Shown: positions 12,150 through 26,030 of the stretch, in pieces
Layout: each line of letters opens with the position of its first letter
Numbering within the stretch: position 1 is the first letter of the stretch
Assembly (NCBI RefSeq): GCF_018350175.1
Contig: NC_058368.1
Coordinates: forward strand, 65,350,001-65,414,000
Length of the DNA stretch: 64,000 nucleotides
Direction: 5' to 3'
Origin: Felis catus
Lineage: Eukaryota
Made by a program: the position numbers and the translations under genes
Notes under the pieces: generated by a model
The model's input: the letters and a program-made list of their open reading frames with translations, nothing else
Told to the model about the DNA's origin: nothing
The model's database searches: none

Positions 12150-15105
12150 AAAGATACTGTGAAAATATAAGAAAGGTGTTATTAAATTGATTACTTTTAG
12201 TACACTGAAAGGCAACCCAAGGGTGAAACAGATGTATTTGAAAGTACTGTTAGGAAAGGTAATGACCCCTTTTTAGAACTAAAAATGCTGGGCAGAACAA
12301 GCTATGTGTAGTCCATACATCTTGATATGCTCTGAATTAGTAACTGTATCCAGATCTACGTATCTACTTAAAAACAAAGGTGCATGTGTATGGAAGAGTA
12401 TACTCTGTGTTGATAAAATTCAGCTTTTCAATTTAGATGATCAGATCCTACAAATAGAGTCCAGGCATATTTTATTTGGTACTTTTGAGCCATTTCAATT
12501 TTATATGAATTCCAGCCTATGTAAAAGTATTTGTTTATGTGTCCAGCTTTCATTGCTTTCAGGATCAAAAGGTGAGCAGCACAGTCTGAAAATAAATACT
12601 GAAGCTTCTTTTACATTTTCTGAATCCCTTGTTTTTGTTGGCTGATAGAAGGCTGATATTTCATGGGGAAAAAATAGCCCCTCATTTGGGAGATACTATT
12701 TTGTGTCACTTGGATTCACAAAGTAAAGAGACATTTTCTATAAGTAGTATCATCACTTGAACATGTACTTAGCAAGAAACTGAATCTGGTGGAATTTCTT
12801 TAGTTGGTACATGGGATTACTCATTTTTGTTTCATAGTGTTTGGTCTGGGCTCTAAATGAAGCAGGGAAGTTAATGTAACGAGACTCTTGGTAATCATGC
12901 AGAACCATTTGCTGACTTGATAAGGTCCAGGTGCAAATTTGTCAAGTCATTTAAATGCTCACCCCAATAAGGAGAGTTTCTGTGTGACTTACTTTAAACC
13001 GTGAAAACAAAAATGCAGGCGATGGCTGCTGGATTCACATCGAATAAAAATAACACAAAGGAACAAGAGAATAGAGATATGACAGTGACACTGGACGCAT
13101 AAATTAAGAACTATTTCCACAATCTCTCCAGGGTTTCAGTAATAATAGGCACTATGCAGCCATTAACCAGTATATTCCTGTTTTTCTTTTTCACGGTGAG
13201 GGAAAAAAATGAAGACAATAAAACTAGTAAATAGGTTCGTTTTATAGTAATCAAACAATTTGATTGAAATCTCAGTGATATTATCTCTGTAGGTACTGAG
13301 GAGATTATATTGAAATAATGGTCTTTGATGTGTCTGATTTCCAAAGCAACATACATTGGGTGGAACCCTCTTCCCCTCCCCACCACTGGAATTATCATCA
13401 CCCACTCTGACTAAATGCATTTCACACCAGATTTCTGTGCATAGACGTACTACCCACTGCTGTGAAAATTTGTATAACTTTGGTGAGTCATTTGTTCCAA
13501 CCTTTGACAGAAATAAAACTTCTGGGAACCACTCTGATCTCATAACTTTATCCCCATACGGGATATGGTCTTTGATTTATAACTTAGCTATGAAGAATCA
13601 GCTTGCTTAAGCAAATAAAATATCTTTAAGAAAATATGTGAAAGCTTGCATAAAAGTAGTCTTTATTTAAAAAAGTGTACTCAGTATTATGGTCAGAGAC
13701 TGATACCTCTTTATGGTGATTTTAGAATGTTTGTGCATATATTTTGTGACCTAAAATACTAATTGTGGCTGGCCACTTGGGTAAAGAAACCAACCAAAGC
13801 ATTGCCCATTGAGAAAGTTAACGGGGAATCACTATTTAAAATTAGACACATGTCGGCTGATATAAACGCTGACATGTACTGATATAGGCTGCAGCCAGAT
13901 AGCTCAACATTTTGGAACACAGGATTCTAAACTCTTTACGGTCAAGAGTTTGGTAATTTCTGTCCCATCCACGTCTTCGTTGCCAGACCCCTGCTTTGGA
14001 AAGCTGACCTGTGAGATTATTAGTGCTTGGGTGCTGGCAGTACGAGCCAAGTGACATCCCATCAACTGTTCTTAAAGAATGCTCTTGTTTCTTGATTTCA
14101 ACCTTGTTTTCTATATTCAACTGTGATTAGGCAGTGGCTGTTTCACTGGGCTTTTGCCATAGAACCACGTATCTTGTTACTCAGTGGGTTTCTGAACAAA
14201 ATGGGATAAGCTAAAACTGGGAACTTCACCATTTTCAGGCTATGGTTCAGCCTTTGTGCTGTATACTTCTAATTCTTGGAGCCTCAGAACAACTTCTTTA
14301 TTTTATGAGTATAGTTGAAGTGTCCTTTTTCTTCAGCCAGTGGTCTTTATCATTAGGCAACAGCAAATTATACTACCCCTTGCTGAACATTTAAATCCCA
14401 CTTGCATTTTATCAGGTCTGTCCACCTGCCATTTCCTCTTTGGAATATTAATCCCTGCAGCAATAAATGTTAAGAATGAACTAATTTTCTGTAATATGCT
14501 AGTCAAGTTAACGCGAGTATGAACAAGCACTCCAGCCTATGCTGAGGAGGAACAACATCAAGTAGAATGTGGGGTGGTATTTCCCACCGAGAGAGATTTC
14601 ATCTGGTAAAAGGTACCATTTGTTTCAGTTTATCTCTTACCCAGCATATGTTAGTTTCCAAAGCATAGATTTTGGAAACAAAAGACAATTGTAAACATGC
14701 TCAATGTACTACAAAACTTCAGAAGTTAAAATGATGCCAATGCTAAATACTAAATAGCATACTTTTGTTAGTTCAGTTTTGGAATTCTAACCCTGAAATG
14801 ATGATTGAGAATGTTTAGTGATGATTGAGAAACTGAAAAACAGTGCTCCTGTTGATAAGGCATTTTGTAGCAAACTTGCCAATAGGTAACTAACAGCTTT
14901 ATTACATTTCAGGATTTTTTGTTTTGTGGGGAGGATAAAAATTGGGGTGTCCCATACCATTAACGTGCAGAAAATTACATGATACTCTCAACTGGATGTA
15001 TAACTTCTACATCACGTGAATACTTCTATAAACATGCATGATTTGACACCCTGCTGAAGTGGCAACTCATCGTCTTTGAAAGTCTTACCAAGAGAAAGAT
15101 TCTTT

Positions 15106-15445
15106 CTTTCTTTCTTTCTTTTTTTTTTTAAGTTTTTACGTAAAATCCAGTTAGCTAACATACAGTATAGTATTAGTTTTAGGTGTACAATATAGTGATT
15201 CGACATTTCCTTACATCACAGAGTGCTCATCACAAGTACCCTGCTTGATCTCCATCACCTATTTCACCCATCCCCCCACCACCGCCCCACTGGTAACCAT
15301 CAGTTTGTTCTCTACACTTGAGATCCTGCTTCTTGGTTTGCCTCTCTCTCTTTTCCCTTTGCTTCTTTGTTTTGTTTCTTAAATTCCACATGTGAATTAA
15401 ATCATATGGGATTTGTCTTATTCTGACTTATTTCACTTAGCATAA
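15106..15445 (-). mobile_element. 5'-truncated carnivore L1 3' end
   Basis: T-rich tail then 'ccagttagctaacatacagt...ggtgtacaatatagtgattc...ggtaaccatcagtttgttctcta...gacttatttcacttagcata'; 16-bp TSD aagagaaagattcttt at 15090-15105 and 15472-15487. Confidence 0.92.
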
Positions 15446-15531
15446 AGTACGTTTTTTTTCTTTTATTTTTTAAGAGAAAGATTCTTTTTGAGAGTTGGGG
15501 GGAGTGCCAGCGTTTTAAGAAAAGGAATAGC

Positions 15532-15757
15532 TCTTTTTATATGAATTTTTTAATGTTTATTTTTGAGAGAGAAAGAAAGAGAGATAGAGGGTCAGTGAGG
15601 GGAGGGGCAGAGAGAGAGGGAGACACAGAATCTGAAGTAGGCTCCCGCCTCTGAGCTGTCAGCACAGAGCCTGACGTAGGGCTCAAACCCATGAACCACG
15701 AGATCATGACCTGAGCTGAAGTCGGACGCTTAACTGGCTGTGCCACCTAGGTGCCCC
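15532..15757 (-). mobile_element. Can-SINE
   Basis: Antisense SINEC; TSD aggaatagc at 15523-15531 and 15758-15766. Confidence 0.95.
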
Positions 15758-17220
15758 AGGAATAGCATTTAAAAAAGGGATAAAAAGATGTAGCTGAGTA
15801 ATATCTCAGAATATGTAAAACAACCCCAACAATGAAATTTTTGTAATAATGTGATACTCTCATAAATATGCTCCTAAATATTCAAAGAATTTATTTCCAA
15901 CACATGATAGATATTGCATGTGTCTACACTTATGTCAGGCAGAATAAATATGTATGGAATAAATCGTAAGTAATTTATATAGAGTGTCTTGATGTGTCTA
16001 TAATGGAAATGAATCCGTCCCCTCCTTTTTGCCGTTAATTTGCCCTAAATGATTGAAATGCACAGTTACTTTAGATGTGTAATCACCATGATTCTTTCCC
16101 TTAAGTGAAATACTTGATTTTTATACCCATCTTTATTCAGTGTTCAAATATACAGTATTTAACTTTTTTTCAGAAGTCAGTTTCTACAATTAGCCACATA
16201 CAAGAAGATATTCTAGAAAACAGTGTGTACCGTATGGGTTAATAACATGGCTGGCTAAAGATACCTCGTCATTGGTCTGAGTGTCTAGTTCTATTTCCTG
16301 TACAAGTTCTTGTTTTGAGTAGCTACAGTGTCAGTGTCAGAAAACACTTAGAGGTAAAAACCGATAAAAGGTTACATCCTTTTATCCAACTTTTGAAAAA
16401 AATCACTATCTGTAGTATTTGGAAAAACTTTGGCAGTTCTGTCACATGAAAATACAAATGAAAAGCGGTTTCTTTTCTAGAAATGAATCTAACATCTGTC
16501 TTTCTGAGTTAGACTGCTAACTTGAAGCATCAGTATATTTTTAAGGGCTGTTCAGTACTCAGATCTCAAGTGAGTTGAGTTGTTGAGTTTGAGTAGAATT
16601 GAACTCGGTATTGTTGAAAGTGGTGTAAGATGACTTGAGTAATGAACATTATCTGGCATTTAGTTTTAAAGTAGCTAACCTTCCTAGTCTTACTCTCCAC
16701 ACCACACAGTGATTTATATGGTGGGGGGCAGTATTACTGATTAAACCAGAACGATGCATACTCAGCAGCATACTCTTGTTACCCTGCATTTGCTTTCTTC
16801 TTTGCCTGTGTCTCTTCTAATGAGTTACATATATAATTAGTACACATAGTTCTGGTAATATATTAATTCGTGGCTTAGGAAGTGAGGTTTTCAGCTTCAT
16901 TTCCCCTTGGACATATGACCCAGGAGCACAGAGGAGACAACAAGATTGTAACCTTTTCATACAGTCTCGTTGGACCCTTGGCCCTTTATTCTTGCTTCAG
17001 TTATCATCCATTGTAGTGATCTGTTTTATGTGTAGACTAACCCTAAACTGTGAGTTCCTTGAGAGTAAGAACTTTTATCATACTCCTGTTTTATGTATTT
17101 TGAGCTCCTAGTTAAGGATCTAAGTGTGTGCTCAATAAATGGGTATTTGCTGGGAAAATTAAAAAAAAAAGAAATAATGAATCATTTTCTTTTGATCAGT
17201 CACATTCTCCACAGCTATTT

Positions 17221-17445
17221 TTGTAAGTTTATTTTCAGAGAGAGAGAAAGAGAGGCAGTGAGTGCAAGCAGGGGACGGGCAGAGAGAGAGAGAGATTGAG
17301 GGAGGGAGGGAGAGAGAATCCCAAGCAGCCTTTGTGCTGTTAGCACAGAGTCTGTCCCGGGGTTCAGTCTCACAAACCTTGAGATCATGCACTGAGCGGA
17401 GATCAAGAGTTGGACGCTTAACCAACTGAGCTACCCAGGTATCCC
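17221..17445 (-). mobile_element. Can-SINE
   Basis: Antisense SINEC with 'gaatcccaagcag' and 'gatcaagagttggacgcttaacc'; TSD ccacagc(t/c)attt. Confidence 0.93.
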
Positions 17446-17989
17446 ACCACAGCCATTTCTTAACTGAAGGTCATTTTATCTATAGTAAAATTCATGGATA
17501 TCATATAAATGGTTTGATGAGTTTTGACATGTGTATGTTTGTGTCATTTACTCAGGTGTTTGTAAGCAAAGGTGAAAGTAAGTTTTTATTCCAAATACAT
17601 AATCAAGAATTTGGTTATTTGACACAGTGAAACTGTTGTGTGGAATCAATTTTTCATGCATATTATTATTTTATAATGTCTCCAAATTCTCTACGACTCC
17701 TTCTGGAACTACCCCATACTAGAAATAAAACCTCCCTGCCCCGCTCAGGAAGCTGATTTGGTGTCTCTATGAGGTAGTTTGTGGATTTCCTTCTTACATT
17801 ATGCTACCACAGTATGTGCTTGGCACCTGGTATATCAGTGCCAAGAGACATGCCCATGCTTAGGTTGCCTCAAGTCTGATGGGAAGTTGAGCCCAGTTGT
17901 GTGTATGCGTTGACAGGTGTGTGAAAGCCTCCTGTTAGGATTCTGCGTTTTGTCCTTTCAAGCTCTCCCAGGAGCTCTCGCCTAATGTA

Positions 17990-18610
17990 ATTATGGGTGG
18001 TCACTCAAGTCTTCACTTTTGGCTCAGACCCCTCTCGATGCTTTAGCTCCCTGTATCTGACTACCTACCGGTTATTCTACTTGGATATACCATAATCACC
18101 TTAAACGTGGCCTGAGAACTCGTTATTGTCCATTATTGTCCATTTCCTTTCTTCTTGTTTCCCTACAAAGCCCCCCCCCCCCCCCCCCGTAATAAATGGC
18201 TCCTACTTCCTTTTCTGTTTTAGTTAATGACACTGCCTTTTACCCAGTTGTCTACATTAGAAACTTGGGAGTCCTGAGTTCTCCCTCATTTTGCAGACAT
18301 AATTGATGCGGTAGGCTAGTAAATACTACCTCTCAAATTCCTCTGAAACCCATCCTCTACCCTGTAGTACCGCTGTCACTGTCTTTGTTAGTTCTCACCT
18401 TCTCCCCCTTGGATTGTGGCAGCAGGCTCATAAAGACTTTTTGCGCCTTAATTCATCTTCTGTTAATACAATGTCTCACATAGGTGCCTGTGATCTCTTG
18501 GCACGAGCTGTGTGTGCCTTGACTGTTTTGAACTTGTAATTCCTCACCCATGCCTTTCTCTTTCTCACCTCTGTGCATTATACTTGATCTCTTTCTGCTT
18601 GGGATGCTAC
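17990..18610 (+). mobile_element. L2 body fragment
   Basis: Pyrimidine-rich L2-like motifs 'ctacttggatatac..caccttaaac' and 'acccagttgtct...agaaacttgggagtc'. Confidence 0.6.
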
Positions 18611-18689
18611 AGTTTGGACATGACCGTACCTACACTCTCTTAAAGGACTACTTTTCCCATGGTCCCTACTGAAGGGGGTGGCACAGCTC

Positions 18690-19245
18690 TGCTTCTCATG
18701 GTCCCTACCCCTTCTCTTCTGCCTTCAGAAACCACGAATTGGACAGTGTGATGGCATTTGAGCTGTGAGGAGCCAATACATAGGCATAAAAAAGATGAAC
18801 TGGGTCAATCAGATTCCTCAGATCTTAAAGCTTGTAACTGAGAGATCCCATCCTGAGAGCAACGTGACTTACGGTACACTGAGACAAAATGAGGCAGACT
18901 TGGATCCTTTCTGAGTCCTGGCAAAGCAAGGTTATGAGGAGCTACAAACATGAAGGAAGAGCTGGGAGGCAGACAAAAGATAGGCAGAATAAAGGGTGGG
19001 AAATTTAGCTATCAGTGAGGAGAGACACTTGGAGACGTTTGAACAGAGGCTGAGTCACATACCTGTCAGAGTGGGAGACTCCTGTGACATGGCTTCCTTG
19101 TGCCATTGATTTTCCATGAGGTTGAATCATTTGTTTGCTTGTTTATTTTGGGGTTCCTTGGTATATGTATCCTTACTTCACCTCCCTATCTTCAAATTAC
19201 TTCAATGGGACCGTTGTTTACAGCTAAATGGTCCTAAATAAAATG
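18690..19245 (+). mobile_element. Ancient ERVL/MaLR-like LTR remnant
   Basis: 'tgggtcaatcagattcctc' and 3' 'tgtttacagctaaatggtcctaaata' resemble LTR16/MLT1-type motifs; highly diverged. Confidence 0.35.
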
Positions 19246-22200
19246 GTTTTCCCTATCCTACCTCCTTGACCTCCACTAAAATGTCACCTCCTCCAGGAAT
19301 TCTTTTTTCTACCACTAAATACGGATTTGGCTGCACCACCTGTTTGCTACTGTAGCACTTTATCTTTACCTATTAAGTTATAGTTTAGCTTTTATGGTCC
19401 TCTGTTTAGATAGGGCACAACTTGAGACCAGGGATTCTGTCAGTGAAATGAACTGTATAAATGAAAATGGTGTGGAGCTGACAGTGGGGAGGTGGATGGG
19501 GCCTTTATGCGGTGGTGATTTTTGAGCTGGGACTTGCTAAAAGCAGTCCCTCTTTGTTACACTTCTATGGCTGCCACCAGTTTTGGCTTGATAAAATATA
19601 GAGTATTAAATGCTACAGGCACCTGACCTAACCATCCTTTTTTAACAGTAAGGTATCTGGAGATGCGAGAAAGAGGTAAAGTGGTTTTCCAGCAGGAGCA
19701 CATCTCGATAGATAGTAAGATTGCCAGACCAGAAATCCCATAATGCTTCCCATAATGCTGACGTGGGCACTCGTCAGAAAGGACAAATCTGATGATCTCA
19801 TATTCAAGTAAAAGAGTGTTTGAGAAACACACATCCACACGGACAACCTTTCTCCATCCCCCAGACCTTGTGTATGCTGAGAGTTATTCTAAATATTTTA
19901 AATAATGCATTCCAGTAAGAACCCAGTCCCTTGGCCTCGCATTCAGGGGTTTCAGGATTTTGCTTCACTTGACCTTCCCAGTTGTTTTTCATCCTGGATC
20001 TACGCTTGTGTTGGAGGACTCCTTGGCCCTCTCTCAGGCATGTGTCTGTTGCTCTGTGTTTGTTTCCTTTTCATTATCGACTTCCTATTACCTGAGACAG
20101 AGTTTATCTGTCTCCGAGAGTCTAGATGAGGAGTCTCTCAAGAAGCTTCCTCTGATACTTCGAAGCATATATAATCATCTCCTTGGTACCACAATTGCTC
20201 TTTTCTTGTAGGTTGTTTTTATTTAAATGGGAATTAGTTACATGATGCCTCATATTAGAGTTATTTTTACACTTCTGTTATTTCATCTATTAGATTGTGT
20301 ACTCATGGTGGGAGATATTGCATCCAACCATTTCGATTACAGTGTCTGGAACTGAGTAAATATTTATTGAATAAACGATCTCATAGGACCGTTCATTTCT
20401 TTCAACATCTTGCTTCTACCCCTCTCCATAAAAGTCAGGGGGTCCCTAGTAATGAAGACTTCCCATTTATATCAGAAATACCTTTAAGAGAGTATTTACC
20501 ACATAGAAAGATATCTGAGGAGATGAAATGATTGTGACTTTTAACAGAATGATGGAAAATAATTTTCACCATAAAATTCAATCAATAAAACCTGTTTCAG
20601 TACAAGCCACTGTTTTTTTTTTTAATTTTTTTTTTTTTATGTTTGTGGCTAACGCAGAGCAATGTGAGTTATAAATTCAGCCCTCATGGAAGCTTAGTGC
20701 TTAGTAGAGGAACTAATACAAATAAAGTCAGAAAACATGAACATTTGGAAGGAACAGTGATAACAAAAATGACTTCCATGAATTCTATATGAATTTTGTT
20801 GAATGTGTGAGTTATGTTGGTCCACATGTCATCACAGTTAAGAATTGGGCTCTGGTGCCGGTGGTCAATGTTGGAATCCCAGAACTGCCCCTCACATCTG
20901 TCTGGCTAGATTATTCTGTTAAGATTGTTAAAGCATGTGAAGCCCTGAGCACAGAGCCTGGCACAAAATAGGCACTCATTACACTTTCTCTGCTATTAAT
21001 TTTAGATTGCAAATTCATGCAGCTATTTTAGGGTGCTATATGCCAATGTCACTTGTAGGAAATTTGTAAAACTCAGTTTCATTTCTGGAGCACTACTTTT
21101 TTTTTTTAAGTTACAAATTTTGTGTGATTAGTAGTATCAACGAGAAGAGATCAAGTACTGTTCTTCAGGGTCTAAATTAATCATATGAGTAGTTCTTCTC
21201 GAAGCAGATATTGCATCATACATGTCCAATAGCCTCTTAAAGTATTCAAAATTAATAAAGCGGTGAAGACATTAATCAGGGATGGTTTCTAGCTGATTTG
21301 CATAAACTAATTAACGTCAACAGTTACACCATGCTGCAGCAAAGCAGCACCTGGGAAATCCGTCACTCCCAGTGAAATAAGGTAGTGAGTCTGCAGAGTG
21401 GAGAGGGATTCTATCTCCAAATGCACACCAAGGTCACCATTTACATAACACGAGTGACAACATGGAGCCAAGTCACTGTGATGCATGGCCCTAAAGGAGG
21501 GGTGCATCCAGGGAAATGTGACGACTCCGAAGCCGGTTAGCGCTAGCCTTAACGGCTTCTCAGGTCATTTATATTTTAACAATGCATTGAGATTCTGTGT
21601 CTTAGCACCATAATACTGAAAATAAGTATTGATATTTATTTAGTCCTGTTTCATTATTTGTAAATTCTAGCAAGTTCTTTTTCTGAATGGAGGGATAAGA
21701 ATAGGAATGAGGACAGTAGGGCAGAGAGTATAGAGACCAATTCATGTCTCCAAATTTATATCTGATTAAAGCTTTACTTGCTTAAGTTCTTGTTCCCCTA
21801 GCAAGAACAACCCTGTTCCACCGGCAGACATTACCTTAATTTCAGCTTTACTAAGTCTTTCGTTTATTCATTTATGCACTCAACAAATGTTACCGTGAGC
21901 CTGGTGGTCTACTGTTACCATCTTTGGTAGGGGGAATGCAAACCTGAAGATCGTTGATTTCAGAGTTCCCAGAGTCTGCAACTTGGTGTTTTATGCAAAC
22001 AAATTATTAGCTTGACAATTTACGCTCTAAAATGGTGACACGTGGAAATGTAATAATGCTGCTTCCTGAAGGGGTCTTGAGGAGGTTTCACAGAGAGAGC
22101 AAGTCTAGAATGACCGATATAGATATGCTTGACTAGCAGACATGAGAGGAAAGAATATTCTGGAATGGGAACACCATGTTAGTTGCTCTTCATAGTTGCT

Positions 22201-23530
22201 AGAGTTACTCTCCTCGCGCGTTTTCTCTGCTGAGCTTAGTGTCCTTGTTGATATTAATTTATGCAGCTTGTATCGATGAAGGGTGACGAAGGGCAGGAGG
22301 AAGCATGGATGGGAGTATGTTCCTTTCATAGCTTTGAATAAGATGTGTCCACTTTGCACTGGCAGGTGTTTGAACATTGACTCGTTTAACTTGTTCCTAT
22401 CAGCTTCAGGGGTCATGTGCCTCTTTATATAGCTTGTGGATAACTGTGGGAATGTTCTAATAACAGTTTGTCCTTCCCAGCAAAAATGCAGCCTTAGGGA
22501 GAGAAAGATCCGAGACATGTTTTGGCCAATGGATGTCCTTCGTTGGCCAATGGCGTGGTTCCTTTAGCCAGATCCAACACTCAATAGTACTTCCCTTGTT
22601 GTCTATAAACGGCAGCAGATTTTCTTGGGGCATCACATTAATATTAGCCCTCATAGACTGTTCATTTAGCAAACTGACCAGAAATTTCTAGTGTAAGGAA
22701 TAAGATTATATTAGCAATTTTAACAACCCTGCAAAGCTTCCTCTTATGAACTTCGTTTAGTCATACAAAAATAAAATGTAATTTATTCAAACTTCTGTAA
22801 AGGAGATCAAAATCAGGTCACTGTATATTTTCCTCTGTCTGTGAATATAGAAGGTGTTAAGCAAAGTGTTATGAAGGCCTGTTTATAAATGGGAATGGGA
22901 TGTGGGAATGCTCTGGGAACACTTTCTTTTCTGGCTAATGGGATGTTACTATTTTAAAAATTGCATTCTGAAATGTGTGGGATCTGCTATGTTTCCTGCC
23001 TGAGATAATGTATATTAATTGACTTCAGTCTTTTTGATTGTAACAAATCTTTAATTTGTGCTGGTAAATGATGAAAAAGCATATGGTCCATCAATTTCTA
23101 GAATACTATTCAAGAGGTCTGGTAACCCTTTGGCTCTATTGTCCTTCCCCAGTGGACTTCCATATGGGTTGGAAGATAATTCTCAGTCTTTGGAGTGTTC
23201 TTTAAGACTAGCATTTTGTATTCAGTGAGGAGTAAAGTAATTTAGATAGTGAAATGTTGATATTATTTGTGTATAGTGTAAGTTACAAAAGAAGAACTTG
23301 ATTGCTGTGGGGCTGAACGGCAGAGAAGAGTCCTATGCCTCTCATAGGATCAGAGAGGTCTTTAGCAAGTTAGAAAGTATTGAATGGGATTTCTGAAGTT
23401 GAACTTCTCTGCCATTAAAATCTACTCTGTGGATTGAATGCCTGAGCAGAGGTTAAAGACAGGAATTTCTTTGTGTCTGCCCAATGCTATTCCTCCTAGT
23501 GCTGCCAGGACATAGAATTTGGTGAAAGAA

Positions 23531-23760
23531 AGGCAGAATGCTGTAGTGCGAAGACCCAGGCTTTGACATCACATAGGTTTTGGTTCAAAATTTGATTATT
23601 CCATTTGCGAGCTTGTGAACTTGGGCAGCTTATTCAGTCCTCTTGAACCTCGGTTTTTAATAATACCTATCTCACGTGAGTATTGGGAACATTATGTAAG
23701 TTAATACAGATAAAGTATTTAGGACAGTAACGGACACAGTATGTGTATGTTATTATTATT
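23531..23760 (+). mobile_element. MIR
   Basis: 'ggttcaaaat...tgtgaacttgggcagcttatt...tcttgaacctcggttt...aataatacctatctca' MIR core and 3' end. Confidence 0.8.
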
Positions 23761-24615
23761 AATGGTGATATCTATAAACGTAAATTCTCATGAGTTTTTG
23801 AGCATACCAAACATAAATACGCAATCCATGCCAGTAGCTTTCCAGCAGAAAGCTCAGGTGATGACAGTACTTAGGTTGATGAAAAGTGTTTGGGTATAGT
23901 TTTCAAGGGATCAGAGTGACTTTGAGGTTAGAGGATGATACAACATGGAGGAGGAAAGCGTTCCTAAACAAAATGGGTGAATTTCATACTATTAGAAAAA
24001 TTCTTAGATAATATACTAATGGAATTAGTGGTGTAGAGTTAAGAGGATGCTAACTCCATTTTCTTAGGATCCAACTTGGGTGAAAGAAGAATAGTTGAGC
24101 AGGCATTGGGGCAGTGTCTGTAGGATTTTCCATTAAGGTAAAAGATGGATTTTACTTAATAAGGGATTTGAAAATGTAGGTGAAACAATTTAACACCACT
24201 GGAAAGGACCTTAAAATGCACAATGAAAGGGAAGATGTTTTTTGGTACGTGTTCAGAGGAGAGGAAACACTACCATCAGAAAAAATGCCATCATAGGATT
24301 TACATCTTGGATGTGACCAAGAGCTGTGAGGTGTAGTCATGGCAACCGGTGCATGGCTTTCAAATAATTTTTACTGGCTTATCTGTTGGTAGATGGCAGT
24401 TGATAGCCTTATCTTTAGGTACTCTTCTTGGTTTTCACAGTGCCCTATTCACATACCTTCTAGAAAATCTTCTAGAAAATCTCTCTAGAGTCTTCCCTAC
24501 TTGACTGGCTTTGCCTTCTTTTGCTCTTCTTTCTCTGATTCAAGAAGTCTCTGGCTCTGTATTTAACCTTCTACATGCATGGTAGTTTTGGCTGTGTTTT
24601 GGAGAATATAGGGAC

Positions 24616-24945
24616 TGTTAAAGAGAAATTATTCTGGCAGTTGTTAAAACAGCAAGACAGATTTTATTAGAGCTACGGCAGGAGGGGAGAGAAACTTAAT
24701 TATAGAACTGAGCTCAACTCCAAATACAGCAAAGACAGATGGGGATTTGTAGCCAGTGGGCAGAATCAGCGGGGGGGGGGGGGGGGGGGGGGTCAGTGGA
24801 TAGAAAATTACTAAGAGGAACTTGATTAGATACCAAGGATGGGTAGTTGATCCTTGCTAAATTGGGCTTAGCAAGCCAAAGACAAAGTGTAATCTAGAAG
24901 AGGGCTCAAAAGAGACCAATTTAGTCAAGGAAGGAGTTCTTGTCA
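24616..24945 (-). mobile_element. ERV1 solo LTR, MER67/MER31-like
   Basis: TGTTA...TGTCA termini; 'ctgagctcaactccaaatacagc', 'gtcagtggatagaaaattactaagagga', 'gaagagggctca..gtcaagga'; contains a long G run. Confidence 0.75.
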
Positions 24946-25155
24946 TTTTTAGAGAGGTTCTGCCCTCTATGTTTTGGCAACTTACCTCTGTAGTGACTGA
25001 GAACTTCTCACCCCACCTTATACCCTCTGGCCTTCATTACTGATCTCTGGATCCTGGAAACCCACAAAAGGATTAGTCCCTACTCCTTGTTTGAGATCTT
25101 GGGGTTTGAGTAGGTCGTGGGGATGGGATTCAGATTACTCACAGTTGAGTGAGAG

Positions 25156-25355
25156 CAGTGGTTCTTAATAGTGGCCGTCCATGAGAAACTCCTGGGGCAA
25201 CTTAAAACAACTAGCCAGCAAATATGAAGAATAAAAAAACAAAAACCTATCTGGCCTCACCCCAGGCCATTTAAATTTCTGGAGTAGGTCTAGGCACCAG
25301 TACATTTTGTCAAACTTCTCTGGTGATCCTGATGAACAGCTGGGTTGAAGATCAA
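25156..25355. mobile_element. MER5-like hAT MITE
   Basis: Starts CAGTGGTTCTTAA; ends 'ggtgatcctgatgaacagctgggttgaagatca'. Confidence 0.65.
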
Positions 25356-26030
25356 AGACACAGAGACACACAAGTATCTGATGTGGATCTCAGCTTACTA
25401 TCATTTTGGGGCCACAACTGGTGCTTATTGTTAGTACAGTCTTGACAAGAAACTGGCACTCTCTCTGACCATCTGGGATGCTCTGCTGAGTCCTTTATTC
25501 CTTCAGTGCTTGAGGTCCCTGCTCTGTAAAGTGAGTCTCAATTTGAAGATCTGTAGGTGACTATAGCATTAATCACCTCCTGAAACTTTTAGATGAGGGA
25601 GTGGAAAATAAAATCCTTATCATGTGTATTGTAAGTCACGTGAACTCATTAATAGGACATCATTTAACTCAACCTTCCCAACAGTCTTGTGAGGTGGGCA
25701 TTATTATTCTGTTGTTAGAAAAGTAACATGATTTATTCAAAGTGACAGAATAAGTGAGGGAGCTGAAACCCTTCCTTTCTGATGTCCAAAGCTATGCCAT
25801 GCATGTCTGTCCTTGAAGAAGCCACAGAGTCACTACTGAAGATAGAGAGCTTTATGCCTCTTCTTATTTCTTGAGTATTATTTCATCCTAAATGACTGTT
25901 CTCTTTTACATATGTCTTTTCTCTTGTTCTAGTCACGTAGTCTTACATTAGGACCCACAGATGTGTTATGGATGACTTAACAGCTCTGTTCTTCTATACT
26001 TTTCAGATTGCATTTCATATAGAAAAATGC

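Noticed and set aside
14798..14836. C/D box-like motifs (ATGATGA...TGATGA...CTGA)
   Set aside because: Too short for a snoRNA; explained by a 20-bp-period local duplication
22105..22518. 137-aa minus-strand ORF
   Set aside because: No recognisable domain or supporting splice structure; length is compatible with chance in 64 kb
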